From: Candidatus Woesearchaeota archaeon
GTDB taxonomy: Archaea; Nanobdellota; Nanobdellia; Pacearchaeales; GW2011-AR1
Direction of reading: 5' to 3'
DNA length: 64,000 nt
Assembly: GCA_964519415.1 (NCBI GenBank)
Contig: CAZFJM010000003.1
Span: 5,668-69,667 of the forward strand
The notes under the pieces are model-generated. The model was not told the origin of the DNA. It saw only the letters and a list, made by a program, of their open reading frames with translations, and ran no database searches. Below, piece by piece: positions 56,413-64,000 of this stretch (within the stretch, counting starts at the first letter, position 1; every line of letters begins with the position of its first letter). Both the position numbers and the translations under genes were made by a program.

Positions 56413-56563
56413 CCCCTCATAGCTCAATGGTAGAGCACGCGGCTGTAGGTTACTAGCATGGACATACCCTTTCGGGTTAGGATGAGATGCGATAAGATTG
56501 TATTCGCTAGAATATGATGTCAGCAGGACCCGTGTTACCCCGGTTCGATTCCTGGTGAGGGGA
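56413..56563 (+). tRNA. tRNA-Tyr (anticodon GTA) with ~80-nt intron at the canonical 37/38 position (intron ~56449-56528)
   Basis: Hand-folded. Acceptor CCCCTCA/TGAGGGG with archaeal/eukaryal Tyr-type C1-G72; D-arm GCTC-AATGGTA-GAGC; anticodon stem CGCGG/CCGTG; loop CT-GTA-G then intron; T-arm CCCGG-TTCGATT-CCTGG (one C.U mismatch); discriminator A. Confidence 0.7.
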
Positions 56564-56564
56564 T

Positions 56565-56579
56565 GTCAGTTTTTCTGAC
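56565..56579 (+). other. perfect hairpin GTCAG-TTTTT-CTGAC two nt after the tRNA-Tyr 3' end
   Basis: Read directly from sequence. Possible terminator or att-associated structure. Confidence 0.5.
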
Positions 56580-56689
56580 AATTCCCTAATTTTGGAGAGT
56601 TAGAGCAGAAAAAACTCCTTCCAACACCTAGAAAATTTCTTTTTAAACCCTCCACTTTGCTTATAAGGATTTTATGCCAAAAAGGTAAA

Positions 56690-57892
56690 ATGGAAGATAC
56701 ACTACTGGCAACTTGGAAGGAAACAAAGAAAGAATTAGAAATGAGGCAAGGCCAACATTGGAAATTGCTTTATGGTTTTCTACTAGATATGGAACTAGGT
56801 CTAAATGTACCAAAAGGTTCTTCTGGATCTAGAAGACCTGCAACACTTTTAAGACTTTCAAGATGTCTAACAACTGTTTTTAATTTAATGAATGGCAGAG
56901 TTTTAGAAATTACACAAAGAGAAATCCATGAGCTATTCAAGAAAATGAAAGATGGAGACATTAGAAAATCAAATGGCACACCCTACCAAGACGTATCTGA
57001 GTTTATTAAAAATGCTAAAGTATTTTATGGCTGGATGAAAAGAACTAAGCAAATTCCTGAAGACATAACTCAAGATCTTTCTATGTCTGCACATAAAGGA
57101 GGAAAACCCAACTGGGTTTATTTAGGAAATGATAAAATGAAAGTACTAATAGATAACGCAAGAGGAGACTATCGGGCTTTAATGTTATTCTTATATGATT
57201 CGGGACTTAGACCTCAAGAAGCTTGGAAAATAAAGGTAGAAGACTTTTCAGAAGACTATACTATTCTGACAGTTTTAGAAAAAAGAAACGGAGAAAGAGT
57301 CAGCAAGACATTTGCAAGAACAATAAAATTAATGCAGTCTTCACAACTGATAAAAGAATTTGTAAAGTCTAAAAAACTAAAGCCGGAAGATTATCTAATA
57401 GATATTGAGCAACATGCTTTTAATTCTTACTTAAAAACAATAGCTCTTAGATATTTTGGGAATCCACAGATAGGAGATAGGGGAAAAATAACATATGACG
57501 ATACTTCAACAAAAGCCAGAGCAAAATTATCAAACTTTAAACTTTATGATATAAGACACAACTCAGTTTGTTATTGGCTAGACAAATACAAAACAAATAA
57601 AGATTTGATGTATAGATTCGGTTGGATAAGAGAAGATAAAATATTCTACTATTCAGAGTTCTTAGGCAAGAGAGATACTATCGGCGAAGATGATATGTTC
57701 ACAAAAGAGGACAAAACAAAGCTAGAGTTAGAAATAGAAAGAATGAAAAAAGAGAATGAACTCATAAAGAAATATCTACTAACCGTAATTCAAGAAACCG
57801 AAAAACAAAACCAGATATTTAACTCGCAAAAGACTCCTGTTCTCCTTTATAAAAAAATAGAAGGGCAGGAGGGGGAGAATTCTTTTTCTTGA
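56690..57892 (+). CDS. tyrosine recombinase / phage-type integrase
   Basis: Catalytic-domain-like motifs GLRPQEAW (Arg I), YDIRHNSVCYWL (R-H box), C-terminal Tyr-rich segment (IFYYSEF). ATG at 56690 chosen; track start 56657 is TTG. Confidence 0.55.
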   Translation: MEDTLLATWKETKKELEMRQGQHWKLLYGFLLDMELGLNVPKGSSGSRRPATLLRLSRCLTTVFNLMNGRVLEITQREIHELFKKMKDGDIRKSNGTPYQDVSEFIKNAKVFYGWMKRTKQIPEDITQDLSMSAHKGGKPNWVYLGNDKMKVLIDNARGDYRALMLFLYDSGLRPQEAWKIKVEDFSEDYTILTVLEKRNGERVSKTFARTIKLMQSSQLIKEFVKSKKLKPEDYLIDIEQHAFNSYLKTIALRYFGNPQIGDRGKITYDDTSTKARAKLSNFKLYDIRHNSVCYWLDKYKTNKDLMYRFGWIREDKIFYYSEFLGKRDTIGEDDMFTKEDKTKLELEIERMKKENELIKKYLLTVIQETEKQNQIFNSQKTPVLLYKKIEGQEGENSFS

Positions 57893-58109
57893 GTTCTTTA
57901 ATCAATCTCTCTAGTTCTTCGTATTCATGGTAATAGCTAAGCTTATACTGAAATTTTGCTTGTTTTTCTTTTAGTTGATAAAAGCTAGTATAGAAATCAG
58001 ATTTTAATCTTAACACGCTCCATGCTCCAACTTTTTCATCATAAGCGAGTTTGCCAGTCGCCTCTATTACTTTTCTAGGAACTAATGCTTTGTTTGTTTC
58101 CAAGGTCAT
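57819..58109 (-). CDS. hypothetical protein, 96 aa
   Basis: ORF track; 3' end overlaps the integrase 3' end by ~74 nt. Confidence 0.25.
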   Translation of the reverse strand: MTLETNKALVPRKVIEATGKLAYDEKVGAWSVLRLKSDFYTSFYQLKEKQAKFQYKLSYYHEYEELERLIKELKKKNSPPPALLFFYKGEQESFAS

Positions 58110-58151
58110 TGTGTGTGAATCAACTCTTTTTCACATCACCACTTATTATTT

Positions 58152-58778
58152 TTAGAAAAAATCTTTATATTCGCTTTTTATATCTTGAAAATCTTGCTTA
58201 TTTAAATCAAATTTTGCACCAGGAGCATTATTCATATTATTAACCGCTTCTGTAAATTGCTCGTCAGTGAATGGAGTAAATCCTACTTCTTTGCAAATCT
58301 CTTTAATCTCTTGAGTTATTTTTTCTGCTTGTGATTTATCATCTGTTATTTTTTCTGCTTCAAAATAATTAAGAGATTTTGATTTTACTAAAGCAAATTC
58401 TATTCCTTTATAATCAAATACAAACGTTTTTGTTGCCATAACTACTCCGCAATTCCAGTCTAAACATTTCAAAAAGTCAACAGATTTGTCAAAATCTTCT
58501 AATCTAATAGGGATAAGAATTTCTTTTCTACTATCACTACTTCCCCATTCCCCATATTTCATAACTAATTCTGCTTTTTTGTTAGTAACTCTTATTCGTA
58601 AGTCTACTTTTTCAGATTTTATGTCCGAAACATCATTACTAACACTTCCCCTAAAATAAATTAAAGAGAATCTATCTTTTTCTTTTTCAAAAGTAGATAT
58701 TTTATGGAATCTTTCTAATACCTTATCAAAATCTCCATTAATCTTGCCACGAACTTCAACCTCTATTTGATCTACCAT
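58152..58778 (-). CDS. CYTH-domain (triphosphate tunnel metalloenzyme)-like protein
   Basis: N-terminus IEVEVRGKI and alternating charged beta-strand pattern (DLRIRV, ILIPIRLED) resemble CYTH/CyaB-like domains. 208 aa. Confidence 0.4.
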   Translation of the reverse strand: MVDQIEVEVRGKINGDFDKVLERFHKISTFEKEKDRFSLIYFRGSVSNDVSDIKSEKVDLRIRVTNKKAELVMKYGEWGSSDSRKEILIPIRLEDFDKSVDFLKCLDWNCGVVMATKTFVFDYKGIEFALVKSKSLNYFEAEKITDDKSQAEKITQEIKEICKEVGFTPFTDEQFTEAVNNMNNAPGAKFDLNKQDFQDIKSEYKDFF

Positions 58779-58841
58779 ATTTACACTAAAACTCCCGCAT
58801 TTAAAAATCCTGTGAATTCCTCAGAAATGGAACATATATTG

Positions 58842-59537
58842 CTATTTGGCATTGTTTTCTTTCTCCAATTTTCTTAAGGGTATTCTTGTTAATCCCCAGA
58901 TGTCCTGATATTCTTTTGGAACGTCTTTTTGTTTCCTTAAATAATTAATAGCTTTTTTTAAAATAGGCAAGGACTTGCCCCTCTCTGCGCAAATTCTATA
59001 TGCTTGTAAATTGCAAGGACGAATATTACAATTTTGATCTACGTGCAAAAAGTTAGTTTTATGACAGAGGTCACATTTTCTGTCAAAACAAATGCATCTA
59101 AGTGTTTCAAATTTACCATGTTTAGAAGTATATTTGTTAATGCCCCACAAATAAGAACTTTCTAGCTTAATTTCTCCTAAACTTTTCTTTATTAAATCTT
59201 CAAAGAGGATCTGTGGTTTTCCTTTAAATTGCATTGTTGGCATAGATTCAATAAATCTAGGAGTAATCCCTATTTTGTTAAAATATTTCACAAAATCAGG
59301 AATTTCTAAATCATTTTCGCCGACAAATATAGGAACATTGATTTTAATTATTTCAAAATAATCTTTATATTTATTTATGGCGTTTAAAACTTTAGTAAGA
59401 TCTGCTTGTCCTTTCATTAATTTTTTATTACGAGCATCTAAAGACACTATCAGGGATTTAGGAGATATAATTTTACAGCCTTGGGGAAATAAATTAATAA
59501 ACGGTACTTCGCGAGAGGTGGTTTTAACGGAAAATCA
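58842..59537 (-). pseudogene. C-terminal fragment of a MoaA-like radical-SAM enzyme (N-terminal CxxxCxxC half absent)
   Basis: GITPRFIESMP and C-terminal CDLCHKTNFLHVDQNCNIRPC resemble the MoaA-type C-terminal half. Own extension of the frame upstream of 59447 hits a stop at 59535-59537 after 29 codons with no Cys triad. Track start is GTG. Confidence 0.4.
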
Positions 59538-60078
59538 AGCTCGTAAATTTGAACAAAGATTTACTCAAATGTGTGAAGAGGTATATAGAGAAAGATGCGA
59601 TGCTATTGATAAGTATGGAGTGCAGTCTAATCAAAATTTTTCTTTGCTTAAAATAGAAAAAAATGTTGAAGCGATAGGTAATTTCTTTAAGCAATATCAG
59701 CACTTCTCAAGAAATTCTTTAATAATTGATTTACATGGAGGAGCTTTAGGATTTACAAAAAGAGAATCACAAAGAAAAGATTTTTGTAGTATTGCTGATG
59801 GGTTAGTTACTATTTTTTCAGCAGGAGTAAATGAGGTAGATACCGAAAGTGAAACTTGGCAAGGAAAAATTTCTTGGACAGATAACATTGAAGATGTAAA
59901 TACTATCGATTCTTGGGTTGCTCACAAACTTCCTACAAAAATTGCTGAAGGATCTATGAAGCCTTACGTTAGACCTACTGAATTATCTTTTACTGGAGGT
60001 TATCATTTTACTTTATCTTCTGAAATGAACGAAGGGTTAAGGGCTTACATTGAACCTCTTTTATCTCTTCCAAAATAA
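59377..60078 (+). CDS. hypothetical protein
   Basis: ORF track. 5' portion overlaps the radical-SAM fragment on the opposite strand, so the true start is probably an internal Met. Confidence 0.3.
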   Translation: MAFKTLVRSACPFINFLLRASKDTIRDLGDIILQPWGNKLINGTSREVVLTENQARKFEQRFTQMCEEVYRERCDAIDKYGVQSNQNFSLLKIEKNVEAIGNFFKQYQHFSRNSLIIDLHGGALGFTKRESQRKDFCSIADGLVTIFSAGVNEVDTESETWQGKISWTDNIEDVNTIDSWVAHKLPTKIAEGSMKPYVRPTELSFTGGYHFTLSSEMNEGLRAYIEPLLSLPK

Positions 60079-60161
60079 GAATAGAAAAGGATTTCTTATC
60101 TTCAAAGATATATTTATTGGATTATACAAATGTATTTATATCTAAAAAAAGGCCTATTTTT

Positions 60162-61622
60162 ATGTCAATTAGTACAAGAACTAGTATTGAAGATTTGGAA
60201 AAAATAAAGATAATTCAAGGCGGAATGGGTTTAGGAGTTTCTGGATGGAGACTTGCAAAAAAAGTTTCTAGTTATATTCCTACAGGTTACGATTCTTCGC
60301 CATGTTTGGGACTTATATCTGCTACAGCTCCAGATGTTTTGTTAACTAGAGGATTGCAAAACGGGGATAAAAACGGGGAATTGCGTGAAGCTCTTTCACA
60401 CTTTCCAAATCAGGAGATTGCAAAAAAGATTTATGATAAATTCTTTATTGAAGGAGGTAAGTCTTCTGAGAAACCTTATCGTCTTAATCCCTTCCCCACA
60501 TTTGAAAAAACAGGAGATTTAGAATTTACATTAGCGAGTACAGATTTAGAAGATGTTCTTGTTACGGGTGCATTTACTGAAGTATATCTAGCAAAGAAAG
60601 GGCATACAAATCCTATTGGTGCAAATTTTTTAAATAAAATAGGATTTGCTCAACTTCCAACATTATATGGTGCAATGCTTGCAGGTTTAGATGTTGCATG
60701 TATTGGTGCAGGTTTTCCTAGAAATATTCCAGAAGCAATTTCTGCTTTTGTATCGGGCGAAACAGCTAGGATGGCTCTTCCAGTCAGTGGAAAACCATAC
60801 AGCATAGTTTTTGATCCAAAACGTTTTGGTAAACCTCAACTTCCCAAGCCTATATTTTTAGCAATAATTGGAAATCATTTAGGATTGAGAGGAGTGTCCA
60901 ACGCAGATGGATATGTTTTTGAAGGAGAATTGGCCGGAGGACATAATTTTCCCCCAAGAAGCAAGTCACTTAATGATATTGGAGAACCTTTATTCGGTGA
61001 AGAAGATAAAATAAATTTTGGAATAGTTAATTCAACGCTTTCAAGACGAGTAACTGTTCCTCCATTCTGGTTAGGTGGAAATTATTCCACTAGATTACAA
61101 GAAGCACTTTCACAAGGCGCAGCAGGTGTACAGGTTGGAACTCCCTTTGCACTGTGTAATGATTCCAATGCTCTTCCAGAGCTAAAGCAACAAGCAATAG
61201 AAGAAATATTTAGGGGAACAAAAGTATACACGAGTGCACGAGCTTCGCCAACAGGATTTCCATTTAAAGAATTACCCGTTCCAGGAACAATCTGTACTCA
61301 AGAAGTTTATGAAGCAAGAGAAAGAGTTTGCAATCTGGGATTTTTAGTATCTATTCATGAAGATTCAAATGGTAAATTATACACTAGATGTCCTGCAGAG
61401 CCTGTAAATGCATTCGTTCGCAAAGGTGGTTCACTCGAAGAAACCGTAGGTAGACAATGTTTATGCAATGGTTTATGTTCCACAATAGGGTTGGGTATGC
61501 CTGGAGAAAAACCAATAGTAACTTTAGGTGCTAATGTAGATGCTGTAAAGGATTTAGTCAATAAACATGGAACCGAATACTCTGCCGAGAATGTTATAGA
61601 CTATGTTTTAGGTCATAATTAG
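60162..61622 (+). CDS. nitronate monooxygenase (NMO/2-nitropropane dioxygenase)-family FMN oxidoreductase
   Basis: IIQGGMGLGVSGWRLAKKVS is the NMO N-terminal motif. Later GAAGVQVGT. ATG 60162 chosen within the track ORF. Confidence 0.45.
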   Translation: MSISTRTSIEDLEKIKIIQGGMGLGVSGWRLAKKVSSYIPTGYDSSPCLGLISATAPDVLLTRGLQNGDKNGELREALSHFPNQEIAKKIYDKFFIEGGKSSEKPYRLNPFPTFEKTGDLEFTLASTDLEDVLVTGAFTEVYLAKKGHTNPIGANFLNKIGFAQLPTLYGAMLAGLDVACIGAGFPRNIPEAISAFVSGETARMALPVSGKPYSIVFDPKRFGKPQLPKPIFLAIIGNHLGLRGVSNADGYVFEGELAGGHNFPPRSKSLNDIGEPLFGEEDKINFGIVNSTLSRRVTVPPFWLGGNYSTRLQEALSQGAAGVQVGTPFALCNDSNALPELKQQAIEEIFRGTKVYTSARASPTGFPFKELPVPGTICTQEVYEARERVCNLGFLVSIHEDSNGKLYTRCPAEPVNAFVRKGGSLEETVGRQCLCNGLCSTIGLGMPGEKPIVTLGANVDAVKDLVNKHGTEYSAENVIDYVLGHN

Positions 61623-61653
61623 ATTCAGAATACGCAAGTGGAAAAACAAGTAA

Positions 61654-62337
61654 TTAATTCTTCCAATCCTCAATCAACTTATCTTTCTCTTTTTCGCCAA
61701 TAAACTTTTCTTCAACTAGAAATTGTAAAAACGGAATAACTTTAGTATTTTCAGGAACCTTATCAACCAATTCAATATCAATTAAATCTTCTTCTGAAAG
61801 TGCAGCCATCGTTTCATCAAAAAAGCTCAAAACACTGTCTCTCGTAAAAGAATTCTTCATTATTTCTTCATCGAATGTTTTAGCATATTCTTCGTTTATT
61901 TTCTTTCTAGGCAAATTGAAGTCCTTTCCATCTTTCAAGCCCAAAGAGTCGCTCAAAAATGCCTTAAAATCGAAATTAGGGCAGTTAGAGAAGCAACTTA
62001 TATCCGGAACATCGTCTAAAAACTCCGGATTTCTTGCAACCGGGAAAGCTCGGCAAACAATAGGTCTTTCTTTATGTATAGAGCATTTATTATCTTTCAA
62101 AAAAGGACACGGTTCTTTAGTTAAAACATAACCCGTACAAAAATACTTTCCGCTTTTCTTATCCAAAACAAAATCAATAGGTTCAATTTTAATCTTTTTA
62201 TCGATACCTAATTTCTTAATTTTTTCAACTTCCCATTCAAATAATGGCAAACCTTTAGTGTTGCTATCTTCATCAGAAATCTTTCGACAACATTCTCCGC
62301 AACAAATACACTTAAATTTTAGCCCCATCTCCAACAA
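61654..62337 (-). CDS. YkgJ/UPF0153-type Cys-cluster protein, paralog of 28936..29586
   Basis: CICCGECC N-terminal motif. The EPCPFL and C..FP Cys blocks align with the other paralog. Confidence 0.5.
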   Translation of the reverse strand: MLEMGLKFKCICCGECCRKISDEDSNTKGLPLFEWEVEKIKKLGIDKKIKIEPIDFVLDKKSGKYFCTGYVLTKEPCPFLKDNKCSIHKERPIVCRAFPVARNPEFLDDVPDISCFSNCPNFDFKAFLSDSLGLKDGKDFNLPRKKINEEYAKTFDEEIMKNSFTRDSVLSFFDETMAALSEEDLIDIELVDKVPENTKVIPFLQFLVEEKFIGEKEKDKLIEDWKN

Positions 62338-62543
62338 GGTTTCTCTCCTTTCTTATAGCAAACCCATATTAAAATTATTGTAAATATAGAAATAACTATT
62401 AAATTCTTAAGCCATTCATGATCTAATGTGTTAATACTTATCATAAAAAGAACAACCCAAATTAATAGAGCTAACCAACCTTCCCAACTGCAAGGATACC
62501 AGCCCCAACCATAATGTTTAGCCTTAAACCACAACTTTTTCAT
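62319..62543 (-). CDS. small membrane protein, 74 aa
   Basis: Two hydrophobic helices, Trp-rich. Confidence 0.3.
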   Translation of the reverse strand: MKKLWFKAKHYGWGWYPCSWEGWLALLIWVVLFMISINTLDHEWLKNLIVISIFTIILIWVCYKKGEKPCWRWG

Positions 62544-62616
62544 AATAGATTAAAGAGAAACAGCATTATAAACCTATCATAAATATCCTTATAAACTTCT
62601 AATACTTTATTTATTT

Positions 62617-62937
62617 ATGGAATTGGAAAATATAGACTACATCTCCAAACAATCCAACCCTTCAGAAAGAATTAATCTCAATAAACTTACTCACTATCAT
62701 GGAAAGATCCTCCCTCCTAATTTTTCAAGAGACAAGTTTCTAGAAATTATTCCTGTACAGATTCCTAGTTGTACTTATGGATCTATTCAGCATCATCTCC
62801 CGTTTGGAGGAATTCATCCTAGCTTCGGAAAATATGCAATAGTTCTCAAAGATAAAACTATACAAGTTTTTTCAGATTCAGAATTGGGTGGACAACATTT
62901 AGTAGACTTACTTTATACTCTAGCAGAAAAATCCTGA
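62617..62937 (+). CDS. hypothetical protein, 106 aa
   Basis: ORF track. Confidence 0.3.
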   Translation: MELENIDYISKQSNPSERINLNKLTHYHGKILPPNFSRDKFLEIIPVQIPSCTYGSIQHHLPFGGIHPSFGKYAIVLKDKTIQVFSDSELGGQHLVDLLYTLAEKS

Positions 62938-63033
62938 AAATAATAAGCCTGTTCTTTACGTAAATTCGGGAAAGATTTAAAAAGCAAAAGATTCTAAAGT
63001 GTTCAAAGAAGAGTTCTGTGATAATTTAGAAAA

Positions 63034-63390
63034 ATGAACAACGAAAAATTAATATTATCCGAAATATTGGCAGACGGCGTTTCAGGGAATAAATGGGAAT
63101 TAGAAGCGGGGGGCATAAATGCAAGTTACCAATTAGGAAGACTGGATGATGGTTCTGGAAACAAAATTGTAATTAATAATGAATCTCTCTCTGACACACA
63201 AGGGCGTTTTATGCATTCAGAAGGATCATGGAGATATGAGGATTATGGAACAATTAAAGCGAGATTAGATCCAAGAGCTCCAAAGGATCGCCGTCCGGAT
63301 ATGCTTTTACAGGGTAACTCCGTTTCTCTCTATAAGGGAGACACATTAAGATTTGGAGATGGGTTACGTTTAAATGTAACTTACTTTTAA
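63034..63390 (+). CDS. hypothetical protein, 118 aa
   Basis: ORF track. Confidence 0.3.
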   Translation: MNNEKLILSEILADGVSGNKWELEAGGINASYQLGRLDDGSGNKIVINNESLSDTQGRFMHSEGSWRYEDYGTIKARLDPRAPKDRRPDMLLQGNSVSLYKGDTLRFGDGLRLNVTYF

Positions 63391-63421
63391 TTATTTTCTA
63401 AAATCTTCTAAAGATGAACGT

Positions 63422-63967
63422 CTACTCTTTCAATTCTTTTCTTCTTTTCTTAATATGGGAAATAATATAAGGTAATGAAAACATTAATGCTCCTAGTCCT
63501 GCCATTTGAACAGAAGTTATCAGTCCAATATTAAAATATCCCGAAATATTATCTGTTCTAGCAGTATATTGCGCTACTTCGGGTCTTGTCTCTTCTATTT
63601 CCCTTTTTCTAATTTCAAGTCTTTCCATTAAACCGCTTAAGTTTCCTAGCTGTTCATTTTGAGATGCAACATTCTCTAACTGTACTCTTTCTAGCTTAGA
63701 AACTACCGCTTCAGATCTAAAATTATTTCTATCGAAGTTAAATAAGTAATTTTTTTTAGAATGTTCTATTGCTTCACTTAATTCCTTTGATGCCGGACCT
63801 ATATCCCAATACTCTTTTACAATTTCAGGGGCATTTTTAGCTCTATATCCTACATAATTAAAATGACCCGCAGCTAATGTTGTTGCAGCAATAATGCTAG
63901 CTATTGAAATGCGCGTTCCACACTTACTCATTCTCTCGCCAAATGAAAGCTCTGATTTTTTAATCAT
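63422..63967 (-). CDS. hypothetical protein with C-terminal TM helix, 181 aa
   Basis: ORF track. Coiled-coil-like middle, hydrophobic C-terminus. Confidence 0.3.
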   Translation of the reverse strand: MIKKSELSFGERMSKCGTRISIASIIAATTLAAGHFNYVGYRAKNAPEIVKEYWDIGPASKELSEAIEHSKKNYLFNFDRNNFRSEAVVSKLERVQLENVASQNEQLGNLSGLMERLEIRKREIEETRPEVAQYTARTDNISGYFNIGLITSVQMAGLGALMFSLPYIISHIKKRRKELKE

Positions 63968-64000
63968 TAATTCTTGCGCTTCAGTAGAATGTCCTTTAGA

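Larger units (their letters stand above)
56413..64000. mobile_element. candidate integrated element inserted at the tRNA-Tyr 3' end; right boundary not found in the window
   Basis: tRNA directly followed by same-strand integrase, then cargo-like genes (CYTH, truncated radical-SAM fragment, NMO, YkgJ paralog). No attR copy of the tRNA 3' end found by eye before 64000. Confidence 0.35.

Noticed and set aside
56657-56689. Integrase start at 56657 as given in the ORF track
   Set aside because: That start is TTG, translated as M by the track. The first ATG (56690, MEDTLL...) is the more plausible start and leaves a normal gap after the tRNA.
57841-57870. gcaggagggggagaattc near the integrase 3' end as a possible attR copy of the tRNA-Tyr 3' end (ggtgaggggatg)
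   Set aside because: Similarity is limited to a G-run and is too weak to call a repeat. The true attR, if any, is probably beyond the window.
1-64000. CRISPR array, rRNA genes, RNase P/SRP RNA
   Set aside because: No regularly spaced direct repeats of 25-40 bp with unique spacers were seen. The longest intergenic gaps (~150 bp at 32991-33147 and 51811-51966) are AT-rich and too short for structured ncRNA genes.

Overview
Hand annotation only; no tools or database searches were run. The window is a gene-dense, AT-rich segment (GC roughly 30% by eye) that looks like an archaeal chromosome with a small-genome, possibly DPANN-like, gene repertoire. Archaeal markers include MCM helicase, aRF1 (NIKS and GGQ motifs), the RNA polymerase E'/Spt4/S24e/S27ae cluster, L15e, Dph2, Cbf5, an Rpp30-like protein, a partial Rrp4, and an intron-containing tRNA-Tyr with a C1-G72 pair. 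Mixed in are bacterial-type genes: a grpE-dnaK-dnaJ operon, acetate kinase, a DUF1566 protein and a MATE transporter. Three tRNAs were folded by hand: Trp(CCA), Ile(GAT) and Tyr(GTA) with an 80-nt intron. Other recognisable genes include ValRS, MetRS, PEP synthase, tandem M29 aminopeptidases, an M18 aminopeptidase, an ATP-dependent DNA ligase coupled to an HD hydrolase, PHP, TrmB, ScpB, a processive GT2 synthase (QxxRW) and Dus. No CRISPR array or rRNA was seen. The most interesting structures are: (1) a tyrosine-recombinase gene directly downstream of the tRNA-Tyr, followed by a cargo-like block (CYTH, a truncated radical-SAM fragment, NMO, a YkgJ paralog), suggesting an integrated element that runs past the window end; (2) a 25-bp imperfect direct repeat that duplicates the last 8 codons plus stop of a methyltransferase gene and brackets a single unknown ORF; (3) an accessory J-domain-only protein and a Zn-ribbon/Hsp20-like protein beside the dnaK operon; (4) a translationally coupled DNA ligase/HD pair flanked by PHP and TrmB; (5) a tandem pair of unknown paralogs whose 5' ends are conserved at nucleotide level. 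The ORF track appears to translate GTG/TTG starts as M, so several starts were adjusted to in-frame ATGs and this is noted. Product calls rest on recalled family motifs and are hypotheses.
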